From: an uncultured delta proteobacterium
GTDB taxonomy: Bacteria > Myxococcota_A > Polyangia > Fen-1088
Length of the DNA: 64,000 bases
Direction: 5' to 3'
NCBI GenBank assembly: GCA_963758155.1
Contig: CAVWUP010000007.1
Coordinates: 12,823-76,822 of the forward strand
In this document: positions 57,171-64,000 of the stretch, in pieces
Position numbering within the stretch: the stretch's first letter is position 1
Layout: the number at the start of each line of letters is the position of its first letter
The notes under the pieces: generated by a model
Database searches by the model: none
Seen by the model: the letters and a program-made list of their open reading frames with translations, nothing else
Told to the model about the DNA's origin: nothing
Made by a program: the position numbers and the translations under genes

Positions 57171-57926
57171 TCCCGTAGGGTGCGAATATCCAGGACAGCT
57201 CCAATCCGGCACCCAGGTAGCAGCTCGGTGAGCGACGGTGCACTTGTGCGGCGGATTGCGGCAAATCTGGTGAAGTTGTTGATGCATCATGATCACCTCA
57301 ATTGCTCGGGGAGGAGTCGGTCGGGGACAGGCGCGGTGGAGTGCAAAACCATCTGGTGAAGGAAATTGAGGGTCATGAGCCGAGTTAGCTATGTCTTGTC
57401 GAAATGGTGCCGGCCCTACGAGCCTGGGTGACGAATACCAGGGGGGTAGGTACGTTGGCGGGTGGGAAGAGGTGCAGCCTCCGTGGTGCCCATGCCGTGG
57501 GAATTTTGCGAAACGGTTTCGCGAAATTCAGTACGCGGAGCAGGCCACGAGACGGGTGCTCCCGGCACCGTGAACCGGGAACAGCTTCGACAGCTGGCAC
57601 CAGCAGTCTTCGATGGGCCGGGGGTGGCAAGGGGCCGAACCACATCCTTCACCCGCCAGTGCTTGCGAAAAATGGTGGACGGCGGGAGGCTAGGGCCGAA
57701 TACAAGGTTCGGTGGACGAAAGGCGTATCCACAAATAGCCACGGTCTGGAAGGCCACCATGCGTGCAAGCAAGCGCGGGAAGAGATGAAGAAGCACGAGC
57801 ACCAGAGTGGCAAGCCGGGGGCCGAGTAGCTCCACAGCAGTGCTACGTTTGCGCGATCCGGCCGCTTGGCGTGACTGTCACCAAGCTCGTGCTTGCGTAC
57901 CGTCCGTTTGGCACTATACCAGGCTC

Positions 57927-58646
57927 ATGACTTCGTCCCGAGCGGCGGTCGTGGTGGTGTCCCCGTCAGAGCCTGTTGTGGCGGTTTTGGAACAGGCGCT
58001 TGGTGTGCTCTCGGCAGGCGGCGTGATTGCCTTTCCCACCGACACCCTGTACGGCCTCGGCTGTGCCTTTGGCCAGACTCAGGCGCTTGAGCGGATTCAA
58101 CGTCTACGCGGTATAGATCTGGCAACCCGGCCGCTGACCTTCTTGCTGCCCGATTTGGGCGAGCTTCCGCGCTTCACACGCATGGGCGAGTTGGCCTATC
58201 GTAACGTCAACAGCATCTTTCCTGGACCCTACTGCACCGAGCTGCTGGCCCACCCGAGGGTGCCGTCGCCCCTCGTACAGGGTGACCGGCGCACCATCGG
58301 CGTCCGCATCCCCCAGAGCGCCTTGTGTGAAGAGCTGACCTGGCGTCTGGGCCGACCCATCCTTACGGCTACGGCCAAGTCGCACGATGGTGATGTGCTG
58401 AGCACCGCTGCTGAGATCCGGCAGGAATATGGGACCGATCTCGATCTTATCTTGGACGGCGGAACCCTCAACGGCCCGCCGTCGACCGTGGTGAGCCTGG
58501 TCGACGACTGGGTGACCATCTTGCGCGAGGGGCTGGGTCCGGTGAATCGCCTGGTCGGTGCGGTCAACAGGATCCGCGTTTCGAGCAGGACACACCGGCC
58601 ACCGGAAAGCTCAGTCCGGGCCGCCAGCGCATTGATAGATTCGTAG
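57927..58646 (+). CDS. tsaC: L-threonylcarbamoyladenylate synthase (TsaC/YrdC/Sua5 domain)
   Basis: AFPTDTLYGLGC and later GVRIP..., TATAKSHDGD motifs. Confidence 0.8.
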   Translation: MTSSRAAVVVVSPSEPVVAVLEQALGVLSAGGVIAFPTDTLYGLGCAFGQTQALERIQRLRGIDLATRPLTFLLPDLGELPRFTRMGELAYRNVNSIFPGPYCTELLAHPRVPSPLVQGDRRTIGVRIPQSALCEELTWRLGRPILTATAKSHDGDVLSTAAEIRQEYGTDLDLILDGGTLNGPPSTVVSLVDDWVTILREGLGPVNRLVGAVNRIRVSSRTHRPPESSVRAASALIDS

Positions 58647-58764
58647 AGGCGAATCCGCACGGGTGCCCTATGGCTTTGGGAACAGCCGTCGCTCGTCGGG
58701 CCGTCCACACACCAGGGGTGGGGTATGTCGGCGGGTGAAGAGGGCCGTGTGGTTGGCGACGCTG

Positions 58765-58830
58765 CACATGACCCCATGACCTTGTGAAGGTCGCGGAAAA
58801 GTGTAAAGGCCAAACCGTATCCATGACTGT
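58765..58830 (+). repeat. copy A of IHF/HU-like gene promoter+leader (no coding part)
   Basis: TTGTGAAGGTCGCGGAAAAGTGTAAAGGCCAAACCGTATCCATGAC matches copy C upstream of its ATG. Confidence 0.6.
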
Positions 58831-59345
58831 CGCCACCGGCCCTGAGGGGTACCCTTTTCAGCGGAATCAGCGGGAACCAGGAGCCCACCACAAACCTCCA
58901 CTTTCGAGGAGGGCAATGCGGGCGCACAATGCGGGCACGCTGGTTTCGTCCATGCGTATTGCGGCGGCGAGTGCGTAGCCGGCCGATCAGCGCGCCCCCG
59001 ACGGCGCGCAGGCCGGCGGAGCCGTTGCTATCGAGTTGACGGTCTTCGCCGCCGTCGCGCCTATGCCAAGCGGCTTCTTGGCACACCGACGGAGTACGGT
59101 GCAAGCGAATTTGGTTTCAACCTATCGATGGTGACATCTGTCGCCATCTCGTGGCAGCGTGTAGTGGTCACGCCCCGCTTCGAGAGGAGCCGAGGCCGTC
59201 GAGAGAGCGGCGTCGTTCCTGCGTCTGCGCTTTCAAGCGCGCGCCATTGAGCGCTGGGCGAAGTCATGTCCTGAAATCACCGGGTGGGTCCCTGGCACCC
59301 GGTGATACTGGTGAAAGTGGTACCCCCGCTGGCCGCTGGCGACAC

Positions 59346-59485
59346 ATGACCAAAGCCAACCTCATCACCGTCATCGCCGACAAGCTCAAGTTCCCTTGGG
59401 TGCGTGCGGAGCTGCTGGTCGACGTGGTCTTCGGCTGCCTGGAGCAATCTATCCGTCGCGGCAAGAAGATCGAAATTCGTGCTAC
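59346..59485 (+). pseudogene. copy B: 5' ~47 codons of an IHF/HU-family gene, then divergent
   Basis: MTKANLITVIADKLKFPWVRAELLVDVVFGCLEQSIRRGKKIEIR is an HU/IHF N-terminus. The GFG-arm region is missing. Confidence 0.6.
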
Positions 59486-59610
59486 ACGCCCAAACTATCC
59501 CTATAGCTCTGCAGCGACGACGATGACGGCTTCTCCTGCAGCTCGATCTGGATCGGCTCGTCCGTCGTCGGTGGCACGCACTGGTCGTTTCTGCCTTACT
59601 AGAGCAAATG

Positions 59611-60597
59611 CTAATAGCAGCACCCATTGTAGGGTTGGCCGACATCCCAGCAGGCGACGGCGCCGTCGGTCCGCACGCCGCACGCGTGGTAATAACCCAC
59701 GCTGACAGAAGTGAATGTGCCTGCCGGCAGCGGGAATTGGGTGCTCCAGCAGGCGATTCTGCCATCGGTCCGCACGCCACAGGAGTCGTAGAGACCCACG
59801 CTGACGGAGGTGAAGGTGCCCGTCGGCGGTGCGGCCTGGGGCATGCGGTTTGTGCCCCAGCAGTCGACGGTGGCGTCGGTCCTCACCCCACAGAAGGAGG
59901 AATCACCCCCGCTGACGGAGGTGAAGGTGCCGGCTGGCGTGGGCTGGACGGTGTAGCTTGTGCCCCAGCAGGCGACGGTGCCGTCGGTTTGCACGCCGCA
60001 GAAGTAGGAAAAACTCCCGCTGATAGAGGTGAAAGTGCCTGCCGGCTGGGTGTCGAAAGGGACCGAGGCGTCGAGCGGGGCTGGTGGCACACTGGCGGGC
60101 CATGGTGGCGGCGTGGGTGGGATGCTGGTCTGCCAGCAAAGGACGGTACCGTCGGGCTTCAGACCACAGGCGTAGTAATCACCCACGCTGACGGAGGCGA
60201 AGACGCCTGATGGCGGCGGGAGTAATTCGATGGCGTCACTATTCCAGCAGGCGATGGTGCCGTCGGTCTTCACGCCACAGGTGTAGAGATAGCCCACGGT
60301 CACGGAGCTGAAAGTGCCCGTGGCTGGCGGGCCGTAGGTGTTTGCACCCCAGCAGGCAATGGTATTGTCGGTCTTCACGCCACAGGTGTAGTAATAGCCC
60401 GCACTGACGGAGAGAAAGGTTCCCGGATTGACAGTGCCGATTGCCGAGGAGCCGCCGTCAGGCGCAGGCAACGCCACCACCGATGAATCGTTTTGAAGAG
60501 GTATCGGCTGCGACGACCCTTCGTCGGGTGGAAGCGATCTCCAGGGCGAGGAGGAACAGGCCAGAACCAAGAGCAGCAGCAAAGCCAGACGTGTCAT
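59611..60597 (-). CDS. RCC1-like repeat (beta-propeller) lipoprotein
   Basis: Lipobox LVLACSSS. Seven repeats of GTFTSVSxGxxxxCGVRTDGxxACWG. Confidence 0.75.
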   Translation of the reverse strand: MTRLALLLLLVLACSSSPWRSLPPDEGSSQPIPLQNDSSVVALPAPDGGSSAIGTVNPGTFLSVSAGYYYTCGVKTDNTIACWGANTYGPPATGTFSSVTVGYLYTCGVKTDGTIACWNSDAIELLPPPSGVFASVSVGDYYACGLKPDGTVLCWQTSIPPTPPPWPASVPPAPLDASVPFDTQPAGTFTSISGSFSYFCGVQTDGTVACWGTSYTVQPTPAGTFTSVSGGDSSFCGVRTDATVDCWGTNRMPQAAPPTGTFTSVSVGLYDSCGVRTDGRIACWSTQFPLPAGTFTSVSVGYYHACGVRTDGAVACWDVGQPYNGCCY

Positions 60598-61125
60598 CGG
60601 CACCTCCCTCTCACGGAACATTAGCAAGTGGACCATGAAGATGCGCGCCACGCAAGCTAACGGTTCGCAGCAACCCGCCCCCATCAACCCCGCCAGTAAC
60701 ATGTACGACATGAAGAACACAGCACACCAAGACAGGACCAAATTCAGCGCCCACGGCGACCGACCGCCGCCCATGAGAAGCTGTCGACTGCAGACAGCAA
60801 ACTGGGCACCGCCTACTCAGGGCAAGGCGCACACAGCTGGGCCGTGGTCTCGCTCCGATGGGGAGATGTAATTGTCGCTCAACAGCGGATCTGCCTGCGC
60901 CCTTCGACTCGGCGGCGGTGATGGTTTCTGCGTGAACATCCAGACCCAGATATCGAGTACAATTGCTCCTGACCGACTCCTCCGTTGTGGCTCTGCGTCT
61001 TGTGTCTCACACCAGGCCCGAGCGTAACCCACGGTCCCGGTGTGAGTCGGTCGTTCGATTCTGACTAGCCGCGCTGGTTGAGCATTGTCGAGTTGACGAC
61101 AACCGATGAAGAACGGAGCAACGGT

Positions 61126-61707
61126 CTAGTATACGGTGCCGTCGAACTGCCCGGCGACTGAGGAGACGATTTCCCCTGGCGGCGAGGAAGCAGTCATAGT
61201 GCCGTTGAAGATGGCTTGGATGGGGTCGCAGATAAAACTGCCGGACACTCGATCTCCCCGCGAGGGCTCTAACGGGCCGGCAACTGTCACCGTGCATGAT
61301 GCAGCCGGAAAGCCCGGCGACGCTGGCCACGTGATCAAATCGTAGGTGCCCAACGAGGGGAACCAGGCGTGATTCCCCGTGTCGTTCGAGCACGTGGTAC
61401 CAGCGTAGCCGCCATCGCATTGAAAGACGTAGGTGTCAGGCCCGTGATAGTTTCCGACCTCCAATTGGGCAGACGTAGAGATTATCCCCCCGTCGCTTCC
61501 GGTAGCGTTGAAGTAGCAGATCACAATCATGTCGACCCCGCCCGACGTCGACTTCGTGTCCAGCCCAATGCCACCGCCGGTGCAAGGATAGGTCAAGTCG
61601 CCGAGGGGCGAAGAAATCGTTAGAACCACGTCCGGGCTCGCGGTTGTGTTCGGTGCCCCGCAACCCAGAACAATAGCGGGAAGGGCGAATGCGATCCGAA
61701 CCTTCAT
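61126..61707 (-). CDS. hypothetical lipoprotein
   Basis: Lipobox IVLGCGAP. Coding-like composition. Confidence 0.5.
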   Translation of the reverse strand: MKVRIAFALPAIVLGCGAPNTTASPDVVLTISSPLGDLTYPCTGGGIGLDTKSTSGGVDMIVICYFNATGSDGGIISTSAQLEVGNYHGPDTYVFQCDGGYAGTTCSNDTGNHAWFPSLGTYDLITWPASPGFPAASCTVTVAGPLEPSRGDRVSGSFICDPIQAIFNGTMTASSPPGEIVSSVAGQFDGTVY

Positions 61708-61879
61708 GCGATGGGATCATGCCACGTTGCAGGCGTTCGGTTCAAGTCGTCTTTGTGACCGGTACGTCGAGGCCCATAATGCCGTTGCAGCTGGCAATCC
61801 CGCCGCAGTGATATCGCCTGCCGAGCCAAGAATGGATCGGAGAGAAGCAAGGGAAATCCGGGGAGCTGGCGACGCTGCC

Positions 61880-61985
61880 GTTCAGCTTGTGAAGCTCGCG
61901 GAAAGATGTAAAAGCCAAAACCGTATCCATGACCAAGGCAGACCTCATCACCGTCATCGCCGACAAGGTCAGGTTCCCTTGGGCG
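61880..61985 (+). repeat. copy C: IHF/HU-like promoter+leader plus first ~15 codons
   Basis: TTGTGAAGCTCGCGGAAAGATGTAAAAGCCAAAACCGTATCCATGACCAAGGCAGACCTCATCACCGTCATCGCCGACAAG shares its upstream part with copy A and its coding part with copy B. Confidence 0.6.
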
Positions 61986-61994
61986 CCCCCGGCG

Positions 61995-63320
61995 CTATTT
62001 ACACTTGTTCGCGGCTACGCAGCCGTTGGAGCAGCATCCGCTGGAGTTGGAAAACACGCTGACGTATCCCGTGGGACAGAAGCTCACCGTCAGCGGGCAG
62101 TCGATGGTGCAGGGTTGCGTCGCCGGAGCACACTCGGGAGGGGCGTTCACACAACTGACGAAATGGTTCGAACAAAAGCTGCTGTTGCACGGCAATTCGC
62201 CGCTGAAGAGCGCATAGCAGCCGACCTGGGCATCGCACGTGGTGGGATTGGTGATCTGGGTGCAGGGCACGCCACTCCCGCCAGTGGAAACTATGCCACC
62301 GGTTCCCATGCCTCCGCCGGTCTCCACCACCCCGCCAGCGCCAATGGCACCACCGGCAGCGGGAACTCCTCCGCTGGCAATGCTTCCCCCGGTTCCGCCC
62401 CCGCCACTCCCACCGCTGTTTGAGGAACCGCCGGTACCGCCATTGCCGCCAGTTCCGTTGTTTCCAGAATAGCCACCGCTGCCTAGACGGATCACGGTCC
62501 TGCCACCAGCACCACCAAGCGGAGGCGTACACACGACCTCGCATTTTCCGCCAATGCAGCCAAAGGTGATTGTCTGCGCCGGAGTGTCGCACATGGTTAG
62601 GCAAGGGCAATCGATACGTGTCGCGGACTGGTTGGGACAGTAGACCGCCCACGCAGCCTGATTGGCCTCGCATCGCTTCTCGCTCATCCAATTTGAGCCG
62701 CAACAGTACTGGGCGAAGCACTGGCTCGAATCCGTGGGGGCCGTTGTCCAGACGCACGAGGTCGTGCAGTCGGCATCGCTTGAGCAGGTGTCTAGGTCGC
62801 TGGTGGATACTGAACCGCCAACTCCCGAAGTCCCGCCTCCGCCGGGCACGCCTCCCGCCGCCAGAACGCCGGCGGTAGCTGTCACACCACCAACAGCCAT
62901 CGCTCCGCCAGCGCCAGCGTCCTTCGTCGCACCCGCGTCTGCAGGATTCAGTACACAGATGGGACAGCCGCACGGGTCGTTTGGGTTCGGCTGGACCTCG
63001 CCAGCACAGGCGTGCATAGGAATAGAGCACTGGGCCGGAAGGCAGGAAACCGTTCCACCGAGGGTGCCACTCATCATGCCGCCACCAGCACCGACCATAC
63101 CGCCCGTGCCGCCGGTTGTTCCGCTGCCGATGGTGCTGCCCGCCTGGCCGCCCTTCACCGCAGCGCCAGCGCCTGCAGTGCTCCCTCCACCTTTCAGACC
63201 GGAGCCCTTCACCGCAGCGCCAGCGCCTGCAGTGCTCCCTCCACCTTTCAGACCGGAACCGCTACACGCCCCCAAGCCAGCCAGAAGAAGTGCCACGCCG
63301 CATGTAGACATCTTGAACAT
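61995..63320 (-). CDS. Gly-rich / Cys-rich secreted lipoprotein
   Basis: GGAGG ribosome-binding site, lipobox LAGLGACSGS, Gly-rich linkers, Cys-rich modules. Confidence 0.6.
   Translation of the reverse strand: MFKMSTCGVALLLAGLGACSGSGLKGGGSTAGAGAAVKGSGLKGGGSTAGAGAAVKGGQAGSTIGSGTTGGTGGMVGAGGGMMSGTLGGTVSCLPAQCSIPMHACAGEVQPNPNDPCGCPICVLNPADAGATKDAGAGGAMAVGGVTATAGVLAAGGVPGGGGTSGVGGSVSTSDLDTCSSDADCTTSCVWTTAPTDSSQCFAQYCCGSNWMSEKRCEANQAAWAVYCPNQSATRIDCPCLTMCDTPAQTITFGCIGGKCEVVCTPPLGGAGGRTVIRLGSGGYSGNNGTGGNGGTGGSSNSGGSGGGGTGGSIASGGVPAAGGAIGAGGVVETGGGMGTGGIVSTGGSGVPCTQITNPTTCDAQVGCYALFSGELPCNSSFCSNHFVSCVNAPPECAPATQPCTIDCPLTVSFCPTGYVSVFSNSSGCCSNGCVAANKCK
63153..63260. repeat. perfect 54-bp tandem duplication (x2) inside the lipoprotein gene
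   Basis: cttcaccgcagcgccagcgcctgcagtgctccctccacctttcagaccgga(g/a)cc twice. Encodes GLKGGGSTAGAGAAVKGS x2. Confidence 0.85.
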
Positions 63321-63567
63321 AAATTCCTCCACGCGATCTAGGACAGCAATCTCCGTGCCCAGTCTCGCGCCGCAACGGCAAGGCCGATTCCCTCGCAACT
63401 ACAAGGAGAAAAGCCCAGGTGGTGGGTGAAGACATGGCCATGGAGTCCGCCAGCTATCAGAATTCTGAGGGTAGCCGGCCACGATCTGGCTTATTCCCTG
63501 TCGGGGGACAGACTCAGCCTTGGCCTCGAACTTGCTGATAACCTGCCCACTTGATCTGGAGGCGGCC

Positions 63568-64000
63568 ATGACTCGTTCGCTTTCAGGCAAGACCGGTTGC
63601 GTTCTCACCGCCCTTGTCGTCGCCGCGCTTGCCGGGTGTAGTGGTTCGATCAGCGTACGACTTGATGGCTCAGTCTCGACAGGCGGCAGCACCGTTGAAG
63701 GCGGCCCTCCCGACTCCCAGCTTTGCGGAATGAGCGTTCCACAGGACCACCGCCCCACAGAAGGTCCAGCCTGCCCGAACGACCGAGCTCCGGGAGGGGT
63801 TCCAGCAATGTGCGCTCCCGACGGCGGACCCCCTCCCGGGGGAGACTGTCAGCAGGACTCGGATTGTACCACCGGAATAAACGGAAGATGTCTTCCTCTT
63901 CGAGGCTGCTACATGGTGTGCTCGTACGACGAGTGCTTCCAGGATTCGGACTGCGCGGCTAACGTACCCTGCCAGTGTCGCGACTCGGCATCAAGCACTG
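63568..64000 (+). CDS. Cys-rich lipoprotein (3' end beyond window)
   Basis: Signal/lipobox LAGCSGS. Cys-rich. ORF runs off the window. Confidence 0.5.
   Translation, partial: MTRSLSGKTGCVLTALVVAALAGCSGSISVRLDGSVSTGGSTVEGGPPDSQLCGMSVPQDHRPTEGPACPNDRAPGGVPAMCAPDGGPPPGGDCQQDSDCTTGINGRCLPLRGCYMVCSYDECFQDSDCAANVPCQCRDSASST

Noticed and set aside
57170-57926. Overlapping short ORFs between the lipoprotein and yrdC
   Set aside because: The translations are Pro/Arg-rich with no signal or motif, so this is treated as an intergenic promoter region.
61999-63030. 343-aa minus-strand ORF in an alternative frame
   Set aside because: It shares the locus with the Gly/Cys-rich lipoprotein frame, which has a ribosome-binding site, a lipobox and repeat structure. 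This frame is Arg/Trp-rich nonsense.
1-64000. CRISPR arrays and rRNA genes
   Set aside because: No regularly spaced direct repeats or rRNA-like conserved stretches were seen. The only tandem repeats are the 54-bp in-gene duplication and the protein-coding Gly-rich repeats.

Overview
This is a high-GC (about 68-70%) window that looks like a Myxococcales chromosome: it has myxo-type Cys-rich repeat lipoproteins, many lipoproteins and ECF sigma factors. About 1-26.8 kb is chromosomal accessory DNA. It holds OmpA-like coiled-coil lipoproteins, a CheY-like regulator, a ClC channel with its C-terminal CBS pair in another frame, and a histidine phosphatase. A sulfur and thiol-redox island follows (TauE/SafE+DUF1634, YeiH, rhodanese, DUF2892, CcdA-Trx fusion, two small Cys-rich ORFs, Trx, TrxB, an ArsM-like methyltransferase, amidohydrolase, an ECF sigma fused to a ZAS anti-sigma domain, and a second Trx). 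Next is a radical-SAM/SPASM gene with an N-terminal RRE-like extension, divergent from DUF134, a NifX-like gene, a hotdog thioesterase, a ferredoxin and a TsaA-like gene. Then come a CDF exporter, VapBC, and an AbiEii-type toxin-antitoxin triad. About 26.9-54.7 kb is an integrated mobile element. It has a tyrosine integrase, an excisionase, a Replic_Relax protein and a TraD/TrwB-like coupling ATPase, and it has pockets of lower GC. Its cargo looks like a defence island: an SbcD/SbcC-like nuclease-ATPase pair; a complete ubiquitin-like conjugation operon (E1, Ubl, E2, membrane-anchored JAB, two paralogous small Zn-ribbon membrane proteins); and an AAA+ ATPase with an S8 subtilase. It also carries RadC, a UvrD-like helicase cut off by a transposase fragment, a decayed IS66, an ORF6N/RHH pair and a PD-(D/E)xK-like low-GC gene. 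About 55-64 kb holds Gly- and Cys-rich lipoproteins, an RCC1-repeat lipoprotein, YrdC, and three partial copies of the promoter and 5' end of an IHF/HU-like gene. No rRNA, tRNA or CRISPR array could be supported. Every call rests on reading the ORF translations by eye; no searches were run.
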